This document shows, one piece after another, positions 1 to 8,670 of a stretch of 64,000 bases of DNA. The first letter of the stretch is position 1. Each line of letters begins with the position of its first letter. The position numbers and the translations under genes were made by a program. The notes beneath the pieces were generated by a model. The model was not told where the DNA came from. It did not search any database and saw only the letters and a program-made list of their open reading frames with translations. This DNA comes from an uncultured Clostridia bacterium (GTDB taxonomy: Bacteria > Bacillota > Clostridia > TANB77 > CAG-508), in the NCBI GenBank assembly GCA_944391755.1, contig CALXUT010000012.1, positions 9,727-73,726 of the forward strand, written 5' to 3'.

Positions 1-292
1 CAAAACCTGTGATAGGAATTAATGAGCCTGCACCGGCATATTTGCCAATTTTATTAAACATATTTAAACCAGTAAGAAATGCACTAAGTCCGATTAAAAT
101 AATAGAAACAATTGTACCAGAAATTTCTTGCGAAATACCTCTATATTTGCAAAAATCCATAATAATTTGTCCAATAGAACAAATTAAACCTCCAACTAAA
201 AATGCATGGAAACAATTTTTAAAAATAGGAGAATTAGGCGATTTTTTATCAACATAATTTTGATATTCGTTTTTTGAGTCTAATGGTTTCAT
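1..292 (-). CDS. spoVAC: Stage V sporulation protein AC (SpoVAC/SpoVAEB family), N-terminal part. The gene runs off the window edge.
   Basis: The reverse-strand translation from the ATG at 292-290 reads MKPLDSKNEYQNYVDKKSPNSPIFKNCFHAFLVGGLICSIGQ...AGAGSLIPITGF, the typical SpoVAC signature. An SD (GGAGGT) lies upstream at 298-303. The + strand ORF 9..257 is its shadow. Confidence 0.8.
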   Translation of the reverse strand, partial: MKPLDSKNEYQNYVDKKSPNSPIFKNCFHAFLVGGLICSIGQIIMDFCKYRGISQEISGTIVSIILIGLSAFLTGLNMFNKIGKYAGAGSLIPITGF

Positions 293-369
293 AAATAACC
301 TCCTATGAAATTTATTACAAATAGCATTACCAATAAAATGAATATTATACAAGATTTAGTGAAATTTAA

Positions 370-414
370 ATTACAAAAATATTACAAAAATATTACAAAA
401 ACATTACAAAAAAT
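370..414 (+). repeat. Four tandem copies of an 11-bp unit ATTACAAAAAT, located upstream of the pilus operon promoter
   Basis: Direct reading gives attacaaaaat attacaaaaat attacaaaaac attacaaaaaat. The period is about one helical turn, and the repeats end about 30 bp upstream of a -35 box. Confidence 0.8.
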
Positions 415-443
415 ACAATTAGATTACATTTTATATAAACCTA

Positions 444-471
444 TTGACTTTTTGTCTAAAAAAGATAAAAT
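444..471 (+). promoter_or_regulatory. Putative sigma-A type promoter of the pil operon
   Basis: TTGACT (444-449), a 16-nt spacer, then TAAAAT (466-471), about 40 nt upstream of the pilM start. Confidence 0.5.
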
Positions 472-510
472 AAAAGTAAGTGTATTAATTTTATAGACGA
501 GGGGGACAAG

Positions 511-2130
511 ATGCCAAGTTATTTAGGATTATATGTTGAAGATAACTTAATTAAATATGCTAAAATCTCAAAAGAAAAAGAAAACATAAAAATCGACTCT
601 TTTGGTGTTAAATTTTATTCAAATATCTCTCAGGCAATTAAACAAATAGTAGAAGAAACATATAGTTATAAAACTCCAATAAGCGTAAACTTAACAGAAG
701 AAACATATCAATATTTTGACATGTTTGCTTTATTGAATAAAAAAGACTTGGAGAAAGCAATAAAATTAGAATTTGAATCATATTGCTCAGAAAAAGGTTA
801 TAATCCAAATTCACTAGAAACAAGATATGCAATAGTGAATAACACTGAAGACAAAGAAAAATTAAAAGTTATCAATATCAGTGACAATAAAATGGAATTG
901 AATAAGGTACAACAAAGATTTGAAGGCTACAGACTTGCAATGATTGCTCCAGTTTCGATGTCTATACCTAATATAGTAAATGTACAACCTAAAGAAAATG
1001 CGCTTATTGTAAATATAGAAGGAAAAACGACAATAACCACAATAATTAATGGGAATGTGCAAGAGGTAACAACTTTAGATGAGGGAAGTAAAGAAATATT
1101 AGAAAAGATAAATTTAAAGGAAAATTCTTATTCAAAAGCATATGAAATATGTCAAAATACTACAATTTATACAGCAGATGTACAAGATTTTGTGGAAGAA
1201 CAAAGCAGATACTTAGAAGATATAATGCCAACATTATATAATATAGTAGGAAAAGTACAAAAAATAATTAATGAAAGTACAACTGCAATAAATAAAGTGT
1301 ATATAACAGGAACATTATCTTGTGTAAATAATATAGATTTATATTTCCAAGAATACTTAGGAAAAGTAAAGTGTGAAATATTAAAACCATATTTTGTACA
1401 AAATATGACAAAAGAAGTAAACATAAAAGAATACATAGAAGTAAATTCAGCGATTTCTTTAGCATTACTTGGTTTGGGTGACGGAATAAAAGGAATTAAC
1501 TTTAAAAAGTCAGCATTTGGTGAAGGCTTCTTAAATATAACAATAGGAAAAGATAATAATGGAAAGAAGAATAAAAAATCTTCTAGTGTTAATTTTAATT
1601 TTAATGATTTTGGAGATAAATTGTCTAAAAGTGAAATGGGACTTGTTAGAAGTTTTTTTTCTCTAATCATATTTATTGTTATATATAGTGCTTTTTCAAT
1701 ATTATTGATTGATCAAATAGAAAAGAAAGAACAAGAAGTAGATAGTGTAACTACTAAAATAGCTGCACAAATAGATAGAGTAAAAAAAGATACAACGACC
1801 TTAGATACAAAGACGACGCAATATACTACATTAATTACAGATTTACAAGAAGTTAATGAAAAAATTAGTGATATGAATGCAAGTAAAAATTTAATACCTA
1901 ATTTGTTGAACCAGATAATGCAGGTTATTGATGAAACGGTGCAAATTACATCAATAGAAAACACAACTGGAAAACATATAGTAATAGTAGCACAAGCACC
2001 AAAATATCAAGGACTAGGATATTTTAAAACAAAATTAAAAACCAATAACATTCTTCAAGATGTTGTTTCAGGAAGTGGTATGAAACAAAATGGAGTAATA
2101 ACTGTAACGATAGAAGGTGATTTACCATGA
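511..2130 (+). CDS. pilM: Type IV pilus assembly protein, a PilM (actin-like ATPase fold) fused to a PilN-like TM and coiled-coil C-terminal part
   Basis: 539 aa. The N-terminal ~330 aa look PilM-like (YLGLYVEDNLIKYAKI...). A single TM follows (LVRSFFSLIIFIVIYSAFSILLI), then a coiled-coil/PilN-like tail. SD GAGGGGGA precedes it, and it is the first gene of the pilus cluster. Confidence 0.75.
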   Translation: MPSYLGLYVEDNLIKYAKISKEKENIKIDSFGVKFYSNISQAIKQIVEETYSYKTPISVNLTEETYQYFDMFALLNKKDLEKAIKLEFESYCSEKGYNPNSLETRYAIVNNTEDKEKLKVINISDNKMELNKVQQRFEGYRLAMIAPVSMSIPNIVNVQPKENALIVNIEGKTTITTIINGNVQEVTTLDEGSKEILEKINLKENSYSKAYEICQNTTIYTADVQDFVEEQSRYLEDIMPTLYNIVGKVQKIINESTTAINKVYITGTLSCVNNIDLYFQEYLGKVKCEILKPYFVQNMTKEVNIKEYIEVNSAISLALLGLGDGIKGINFKKSAFGEGFLNITIGKDNNGKKNKKSSSVNFNFNDFGDKLSKSEMGLVRSFFSLIIFIVIYSAFSILLIDQIEKKEQEVDSVTTKIAAQIDRVKKDTTTLDTKTTQYTTLITDLQEVNEKISDMNASKNLIPNLLNQIMQVIDETVQITSIENTTGKHIVIVAQAPKYQGLGYFKTKLKTNNILQDVVSGSGMKQNGVITVTIEGDLP

Positions 2131-2879
2131 GAAAATTATTAATAGGTTTAATAACAGTTTTATTATTTGCACTAGCAGTATATATTGTTATTTGCGGACT
2201 TTCATTTGCAGGAATAGAAATAAGTAGTGTTTCCGCAATACAAGAAGAAAATGCTAGACTAGAAAATAAGATAGAAGAAGCAAATGATTTGAAAAATATA
2301 GATTATCCACAAAATGTAACAGTATTGGAATCATCATATAAAAAATTAATGACAGAAAAAGAAAATTACGAACAAATACTTGCATTAGGTGTTGATGAAA
2401 ATGGACAGCCATTGAATAAAATACAAGAATATGAAATTGAAAAAATTTGGATTACTATGGGAAATTATGCTACAAAGCAAGGTGTTGACTTAAAACTAGA
2501 CGTTACTTCAAATAATTCAATAAGTGGCACTTATGATTTAACCTTTACTGCAACAGGAGGATATATTCAAATAATAGATTTCTTGTATGATGTTGAAAGA
2601 GATAGTACATTAGTATTTAAATTAGAAAATTTCAAAATGGTACCAGGTACAAGTACAGAAGAATTAGTTGCTACATTTGTATGTAAAGATGTAAAATTAA
2701 ATATAACAGACACATCATCTTCTACAAATGATACTACAACAACAGGAGAAAATACAAATGCAAATACAAATTCAAATAATAGCAACACAACGAATAGTAC
2801 AAACACCAATAGTACAACAACAAATACGAACAGTACAGGAAATACATCAACAACAAGCAATACAACGAATAATACATAG
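2127..2879 (+). CDS. PilO-like pilus assembly membrane protein with a Ser/Thr/Asn-rich C-terminal tail
   Basis: 250 aa with an N-terminal TM and a coiled coil. An ATGA overlap with pilM indicates translational coupling. The C-terminal ~55 aa are almost only T/S/N (TNDTTTTGENTNANTNSNNSNTTNSTNTNS...). Confidence 0.6.
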   Translation: MRKLLIGLITVLLFALAVYIVICGLSFAGIEISSVSAIQEENARLENKIEEANDLKNIDYPQNVTVLESSYKKLMTEKENYEQILALGVDENGQPLNKIQEYEIEKIWITMGNYATKQGVDLKLDVTSNNSISGTYDLTFTATGGYIQIIDFLYDVERDSTLVFKLENFKMVPGTSTEELVATFVCKDVKLNITDTSSSTNDTTTTGENTNANTNSNNSNTTNSTNTNSTTTNTNSTGNTSTTSNTTNNT

Positions 2880-2897
2880 TGTTAGAAAGGAGAAAAT

Positions 2898-3320
2898 ATG
2901 ACAAAAGTAATTATTAGAGAAACAATCATAGCACTTTTAGTATGTTTAGCAGTATTAATCATTTTGAGTGTAGTTTTATATAATTATATTCCATCTAACA
3001 AAGTAGTTCCAGAAACTGTAGAATATACGCCTAGTAGAGAAATACAAACACAACTAAATGCATCTGTAGAGGATAATTCAGATGAAATTATCATGACATA
3101 TGAAATAACAGCAACTGATTTGGATAATTTTGAAAGAACAAATGAATATAATCCAGGAAAAGTAAATCCTTTTGCAGCATATTCAGAGACACCTGATGAA
3201 GGTGATGGCAGTGGTTCTACAGGTGGTAGTGGTGGAAGTACGACTACTGGACAAGGTAATCAAACTACGGGAGGAAGCAACTCAGGAGGATCATTATGGG
3301 AGAATGGAAGTAGTAAATAA
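2898..3320 (+). CDS. Small membrane-anchored pilus-locus protein with a Gly/Ser-rich tail (function unknown)
   Basis: 140 aa with an SD (AAAGGAGAAAA), an N-terminal TM, and a C-terminal GDGSGSTGGSGGSTTTGQGNQTTGGSNSGGS stretch. Confidence 0.55.
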   Translation: MTKVIIRETIIALLVCLAVLIILSVVLYNYIPSNKVVPETVEYTPSREIQTQLNASVEDNSDEIIMTYEITATDLDNFERTNEYNPGKVNPFAAYSETPDEGDGSGSTGGSGGSTTTGQGNQTTGGSNSGGSLWENGSSK

Positions 3321-3495
3321 GGTTATATTTAATTTTTAAATATATACAAAAAATTCAAAAGAAGAAGGAGGGGTGTATGACACTTTTCAATAGACATATG
3401 ATAAATGATATATTTATCTAAATTAATTTTGTTATTAAAATTTTAAATAAAAATATCTGTTAAAAAACAGAAGAAAGAAAAGGAGAGATTTTATT

Positions 3496-4071
3496 ATGAG
3501 AAACCAAAAAGGTATCACATTAGTAGCTTTAGTAGTTACAATCGTAGTTTTATTAATTTTAGCTGGAACATCAATTGCAATGCTATCAGGAGATAATGGA
3601 ATTATCACAAATGCACAAAAATCAACTGCTGCAAATACAGAAGGACAAGTTACAGAAAACATAAAAAATGCTTATAACACAATAAAAACAGAAATTGTTA
3701 CAAAAGCATCAACAGACAACACGTATAATGCATTAGATGATGAAGACAGTTATGCTGTAGCTCAAGAAATTGCAAATACAGTAGCAAGAGAAATAACAGG
3801 AAAAAGTTCAGCTTCTTATACAGAAAATGTTTGCACGGATGGTGGATACACAATTACATACACAGCACCTACTTCAACAACTACACCTGCAACAATTTCA
3901 ATAGTATATACTGATGCATCATTTGCTGAAGGCAAAACAGTAGCTGGAGTTGAATGTAATACAATACAAGCATTATTTACAATAGGTTCAAGTGATGTAT
4001 CACTTTCATGGGATACTGACAAAACAGATCCAGGTGATGTAAAAGGACCATTCTTTATACCAAGCAGATAA
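3496..4071 (+). CDS. Major pilin candidate with a non-canonical class III leader (no Glu5)
   Basis: 191 aa. The N-terminus MRNQKG|ITLVALVVTIVVLLILAGTSIAMLSGDNGII has a basic leader, then Gly, then a ~20-aa hydrophobic helix. Position +5 is Ala, not Glu. It has a strong SD (AAAAGGAGAG), is followed by a strong hairpin, and lies inside the T4P locus. Confidence 0.75.
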   Translation: MRNQKGITLVALVVTIVVLLILAGTSIAMLSGDNGIITNAQKSTAANTEGQVTENIKNAYNTIKTEIVTKASTDNTYNALDDEDSYAVAQEIANTVAREITGKSSASYTENVCTDGGYTITYTAPTSTTTPATISIVYTDASFAEGKTVAGVECNTIQALFTIGSSDVSLSWDTDKTDPGDVKGPFFIPSR

Positions 4072-4088
4072 TTAATAATAACTACACA

Positions 4089-4116
4089 ACAGGCATATAC
4101 CAAAGTATATGCCTGT
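4089..4116 (+). terminator. Stem-loop immediately after the pilin gene (attenuator or partial terminator)
   Basis: acaggcatata-ccaaag-tatatgcctgt forms an 11-bp perfect stem. No clear T-tract follows, so read-through into pilD is likely. Confidence 0.5.
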
Positions 4117-4154
4117 AATACTATAAAACAAAAGCAAAAAAGAGAGGCAAGGAA

Positions 4155-4961
4155 ATGAACATATTTTTATATGTAATAATATTTATAACAGGAACAGTAT
4201 TTGGAAGTTTTTATACACTAGCTGTATATAGAATACCAAAAAATATAGATATCGTAAAAAAACATTCATATTGTCCTAATTGTAATCATAAATTAGGATT
4301 TTTCGAGTTGATTCCCGTTTGGAGTTATATATTCTTAGGTGGAAAATGTAAACATTGTAAACAAAAAATAAGAATAAGATATTTATTACTAGAATTGCTA
4401 GGAGGAATATCTTTTGTAGTGTTAGCATTAGCACTAAAAATTGATGCTTTTCATTTAAATACATCAACTCTAATTTTATATGGATTTGTCATATTATATC
4501 TAACAGCAATTATACTAATTTCTGGAATTGATAAAGAATATAGAAAAATAGATAAAAGAGTACTTGCATATGGAATAATCATATCCATTATATATATGAT
4601 ATATCTATATACAATAGATTCAACTAGTATATATAGATATGCTATATATCTAGCAGTATACATTATATTGTTGTCGGTAGATACCTTTGTTTTGCGTAAA
4701 TATGCAACAGATAGCTATATAATGGACATTTTGATGTTGTTGAATATGATATTAATCGTTTCAGAGGCACAAATATTTATTATGACAGTAGTGATGGCTT
4801 TACTAGCGATATTGATATATATTTTATTAAGGAAGACTTTACAAAAGAATGTAGGAAATAAAAAAATAAAATTTCAAGAAATACCTATAGGATTTTATAT
4901 AGGGGCAAGCAATATTATAGTACTTTTTATGATGACATTCATAACGAATTACTGTATTTAG
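4155..4961 (+). CDS. pilD: Prepilin peptidase (A24 family), divergent
   Basis: 268 aa and polytopic. The N-terminal Cys motif is CPNCNHKL...CKHCKQKI. The first Asp context is SGIDKEY. The second Asp sits in SYIMDILMLL where GxGD(F/V)KL is usual. The C-terminal IPIGFYIGAS resembles IPFGPFL. Confidence 0.8.
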   Translation: MNIFLYVIIFITGTVFGSFYTLAVYRIPKNIDIVKKHSYCPNCNHKLGFFELIPVWSYIFLGGKCKHCKQKIRIRYLLLELLGGISFVVLALALKIDAFHLNTSTLILYGFVILYLTAIILISGIDKEYRKIDKRVLAYGIIISIIYMIYLYTIDSTSIYRYAIYLAVYIILLSVDTFVLRKYATDSYIMDILMLLNMILIVSEAQIFIMTVVMALLAILIYILLRKTLQKNVGNKKIKFQEIPIGFYIGASNIIVLFMMTFITNYCI

Positions 4962-4976
4962 CAGAAAGGATACGAT

Positions 4977-5411
4977 ATGAAATTAAAAAATAATAAAGGT
5001 TTTACAGGAGTAGATGTAGCAGTATCTTTAGTAATTTTATTAATATTTATATCTTTTGTAGCAGCATTATTTTATAATGTGAGCAATACTTCAAAAAGGA
5101 TGGAAAGAAAGACGCAAGCCACGAATATAGCGATAGAATTTATAGAGGCAATGAAAGCTACTCCATTTGAAACATTGGCGGCTAATACACAATCACAAGT
5201 TACAATGGATAAAGATACATTTAAAAGTTTAACAGGAAAAACAGTTGAGATACCAAATGGATATACTGTAAAAATATCAATAGAAGATCCAAATAATGAT
5301 AGTAATATGGGGCAAGTAATGAAAATAATAACTGCAGAAGTAACTTATCAATTGGGAAATGCAGATACAGAGGAAAATGTGATGATACAAACATTAGTAA
5401 AAAATATTTAA
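4977..5411 (+). CDS. Minor pilin / pseudopilin-like protein
   Basis: 144 aa. The leader MKLKNNKG|FTGVDVAVSLVILLIFISFVAALF is prepilin-like, with Asp at +5. Confidence 0.6.
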   Translation: MKLKNNKGFTGVDVAVSLVILLIFISFVAALFYNVSNTSKRMERKTQATNIAIEFIEAMKATPFETLAANTQSQVTMDKDTFKSLTGKTVEIPNGYTVKISIEDPNNDSNMGQVMKIITAEVTYQLGNADTEENVMIQTLVKNI

Positions 5412-5427
5412 TAGACTGGAGGCTAAT

Positions 5428-5850
5428 ATGAAATCTGAAAGAGGTGTTACAATAACATCTGTATTAATATATATAATAGCATTAACAGCTGTAGTAATTA
5501 TTATTGGAAGAATTACAACATATTTTTACAGAAATATGAATTCTGTAACAGGGAATACTGCAGCGAATGCAGAATATACGAAATTTAATAGCTATTTTAC
5601 CGGCGAAATTAATATTGAAGGAAATGAGGTTACTGATTGTGGTATTTCAGATGGAAATTATTATATTATATTTTCAGTATCAGGTAACCAATATATATTC
5701 CAAAATGATAGTATATACATGAATAAAACCAAAATAAGTGATGATATAGAAGACTGCAGATTTGAATATGACACTAGCACAAAAGTTATATCTGTGTATT
5801 TAAAAATACAAGAAAATGAATTTTATAATACATATACTGTAGCAAAATAA
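5428..5850 (+). CDS. Minor pilin / pseudopilin-like protein
   Basis: 140 aa. MKSERG|VTITSVLIYIIALTAVVIIIG has a basic leader plus Gly followed by a hydrophobic helix. Confidence 0.5.
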   Translation: MKSERGVTITSVLIYIIALTAVVIIIGRITTYFYRNMNSVTGNTAANAEYTKFNSYFTGEINIEGNEVTDCGISDGNYYIIFSVSGNQYIFQNDSIYMNKTKISDDIEDCRFEYDTSTKVISVYLKIQENEFYNTYTVAK

Positions 5851-5868
5851 AAGATGGGAGGAATAAAT

Positions 5869-7506
5869 ATGGATGTTAGAAAACGTCAACCAATAGGGAT
5901 TGAGCTAGTAAAAAGAGGTATTGTAACTGAAGATGATATAAATTCAGCTTTACAAGAACAAAGAATGAATCCTAATAAAAAAATAGGTGAAATTTTAAAT
6001 GATTTACATGTTTGTGATTCTCAAATGTTAATAGAAGCAATAGGAGAGATTATTGGTGTAAAAGGAATTGTATTAAAACCATCATTAATAAAAATAGATG
6101 TTTTAAATTATATATCATTAGAAATTGCAAGAAGAAATAAAGCCGTTCCTTTTGACATAGAAAATGGTAAAATAAAAGTATGTTTTGCAGACACTACGAA
6201 TACAAGAAATATAGATGCAGTAAGACTTTTAATGTTAAACAAAGGATTAGTAATAGATCCATATATTACATTTGGAAATATATTAGATGATATTTTAAAG
6301 AACTTAGGTGGAACTGCAGATAGAGATATGAGCAAAATAGGACAAGATGATAATATAACAGAGATTATAGATTCTGTTATAAAAACAGCTATGGAAAAAA
6401 GAGCAAGTGATATACATATTGAACCAGAAAGAGATGAAGTAAGAGTTAGATATAGAATAGATGGTGAATTATTTACAGCAACATCCATTCCAAAAGAAAA
6501 ACAACCACAAATCATAGGAAGACTAAAAGCAATATCTAATATGCATCAAGAAAAGCAAGAATCACAAGACGGTAGAATTTTGTTATATGATGATTATAAT
6601 ATACGTGTTTCTTCACAAAAAAATGTATATGGAGAAAAATTCGTATTAAGATTATTAAAGAAAAATTCAAATATTAAAAGCATATTTGAATTAGGATATC
6701 CAGGAACAGAAAAAGAATTAAATAGAAGTATCAATAAAAGAAACAGTATAACAATTATAGCAGCACCTACAGGAGAAGGTAAAACAACAACACTATATAG
6801 TTTTATGGATTATTTAAATAAACCAGAAATCAATATTACAACAATTGAAGACCCTGTAGAAATTCGTATTGATGGATTAAACCAAATAGAAGTAGATGCA
6901 AAATCTACATTTTCAGGATCATTAAGAACAGTATTAAGACAAGACCCTGACATCATATTAGTAGGAGAAATAAGAGATAAAGAAACAGCAGAAATTGCTA
7001 TACAATCTGGACAAACAGGACATTATGTATTATCAACAATACATACAATAGATGCTGTAGAGGTAATCACAAGATTAAGAAAAATGGGAGTACCTGATTA
7101 TGATATTGCAAGTACATTAGCAACAGCTATATCTCAGAGGTTAGTAAGAAAATTATGTACACACTGTAGAAAAGAAAGAGAATTTACTCCAGAAGAAAAA
7201 GAAGTAATAGAAAGAATAGGAAAAAGATATAATGTAGAATTCAATCTAAAAGGTGCAAAAACTTATGAAGCAATTGGATGTGATAAATGTAATAATACAG
7301 GGTATTACGATAGAATAGGAGTCTTTGAGATACTAAATGTAACTGATGAAATAAAAGAACTTATTATGAATGGTGCATCTAGTATAGAAATAAAGAAATA
7401 TGCCTTACAAGAAGATTATAGACCACTATGTATAGATGGTATCAATAAAGTTCTTGAAGGTATTACGAACCTAGATGAAATAAATAGAAAAATATTAATA
7501 TTTTAA
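5869..7506 (+). CDS. pilB: Type IV pilus assembly ATPase PilB (GspE family)
   Basis: GspE N-terminal domain, Walker A APTGEGKTTT, His box TGHYVLSTIHT, and a C-terminal CTHC...CDKC tetracysteine motif. The start is chosen at the ATG after GGGAGGA; the ORF is open from 5854. Confidence 0.9.
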   Translation: MDVRKRQPIGIELVKRGIVTEDDINSALQEQRMNPNKKIGEILNDLHVCDSQMLIEAIGEIIGVKGIVLKPSLIKIDVLNYISLEIARRNKAVPFDIENGKIKVCFADTTNTRNIDAVRLLMLNKGLVIDPYITFGNILDDILKNLGGTADRDMSKIGQDDNITEIIDSVIKTAMEKRASDIHIEPERDEVRVRYRIDGELFTATSIPKEKQPQIIGRLKAISNMHQEKQESQDGRILLYDDYNIRVSSQKNVYGEKFVLRLLKKNSNIKSIFELGYPGTEKELNRSINKRNSITIIAAPTGEGKTTTLYSFMDYLNKPEINITTIEDPVEIRIDGLNQIEVDAKSTFSGSLRTVLRQDPDIILVGEIRDKETAEIAIQSGQTGHYVLSTIHTIDAVEVITRLRKMGVPDYDIASTLATAISQRLVRKLCTHCRKEREFTPEEKEVIERIGKRYNVEFNLKGAKTYEAIGCDKCNNTGYYDRIGVFEILNVTDEIKELIMNGASSIEIKKYALQEDYRPLCIDGINKVLEGITNLDEINRKILIF

Positions 7507-7530
7507 CTTATAGCAAGGGGGAATTTTTAA

Positions 7531-8652
7531 ATGGTTAATATGGATAAAGTTATAGAACAAGCTATTCAAAAAGATGCATCAGATATTCACTTAATGTCAA
7601 GTTTGAAACCTATGTATAGAATAGCTAGATCTCTAGTAGAAATGGAAGGAGCCTCTGTACTTAAAGATGAAGATATGTATGAAATATATGATTACATAAT
7701 AAGAGGAAATATAGACAAAGATCATGTATTCACAACAACCAAAAAGTTAGATACTTCCTATGAATTTAAAGGAATTCGTTTAAGGGTTAATTTATCATAT
7801 GCAAACGAAGTGCCAGTATGTACGATGAGACTTATAAAAAACGAATTACCTAAATATGAAGATTTAGGAGTACCAGATATCGTAAGAAGAATGACATATC
7901 AGCCTCAGGGATTAATACTAGTAACAGGAAAAACTAACTCTGGTAAATCTACAACTTTAAATGCTTTAGTAAATCATATAAATGAGACTCAAAACAAAAA
8001 GATATTATCACTCGAAAGCCCAATAGAATATAAACATACATCAAAGAACTCAATGATTGTACAAAAAGAAGTTGGAGAAGGTAGAGATTGTTTAACTTAT
8101 CATGATGGTGTAAAAAATGCTTTAAGAGAAGACTGTGACATATTAGTAATAGGAGAGATAAGAGATAAAATTACAATGGAAGCAGCTATAGAGATGGCAG
8201 AATCTGGACATTTAGTAATAGGTACATTACATACAAAATCATGTGCTGAAACAATAGATAGAATGATAAACTTCTATGAAGTAAGAGATCAAGCACAAAT
8301 AAAATATTTATTATCTGCATTATTAAAACTAGTAATATCACAAAGATTGTTAGTAGGAACAGATGGAAAATTAGTATTAGTACCAGAAGTTATGGTTGTA
8401 GATAATATCGTTGCAGGAGTTATAAGAAAAGAAAAAATAAGTGTATCTGAAATTGAAGATGCTATACAAAGTGCTCAAGATAAAGGAAGTGTTAGTTTAA
8501 TAAACTCAATTGCAACATTATTTGTAGAGAATAAATTAACACTTGAACAAGCAAAAGCACAAGTAGAAGAAAAGAATATAGAAACATTAAATAGAACAAT
8601 TATGCAATTAAGAATAAAAATGGGAAATAGCAGAAATGAAAATCAAGAATAA
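7531..8652 (+). CDS. pilT: Twitching-motility retraction ATPase PilT
   Basis: 373 aa with Walker A GKTNSGKSTT, the Asp box region ILVIGEIRD, and the His box GHLVIGTLHT. Confidence 0.88.
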   Translation: MVNMDKVIEQAIQKDASDIHLMSSLKPMYRIARSLVEMEGASVLKDEDMYEIYDYIIRGNIDKDHVFTTTKKLDTSYEFKGIRLRVNLSYANEVPVCTMRLIKNELPKYEDLGVPDIVRRMTYQPQGLILVTGKTNSGKSTTLNALVNHINETQNKKILSLESPIEYKHTSKNSMIVQKEVGEGRDCLTYHDGVKNALREDCDILVIGEIRDKITMEAAIEMAESGHLVIGTLHTKSCAETIDRMINFYEVRDQAQIKYLLSALLKLVISQRLLVGTDGKLVLVPEVMVVDNIVAGVIRKEKISVSEIEDAIQSAQDKGSVSLINSIATLFVENKLTLEQAKAQVEEKNIETLNRTIMQLRIKMGNSRNENQE

Positions 8653-8670
8653 TGGAGAAAGGAGAAAAAC

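Noticed and set aside
9-257. An 82-aa + strand ORF at the window start
   Set aside because: It is the antisense shadow of a clear spoVAC coding sequence on the minus strand (start at 292 with an SD). It has no SD of its own.
2567-2860. A 97-aa minus-strand ORF rich in V/F/L
   Set aside because: It is the mirror image of the T/S/N low-complexity tail of the PilO-like gene. The same reasoning applies to the other antisense ORFs in the track, including 1167-1670, 6108-6515, 16925-17248, 26477-26893, 47417-48001, 52766-53257 and 59091-59462. All lie within well-supported genes and have composition-driven sequences.
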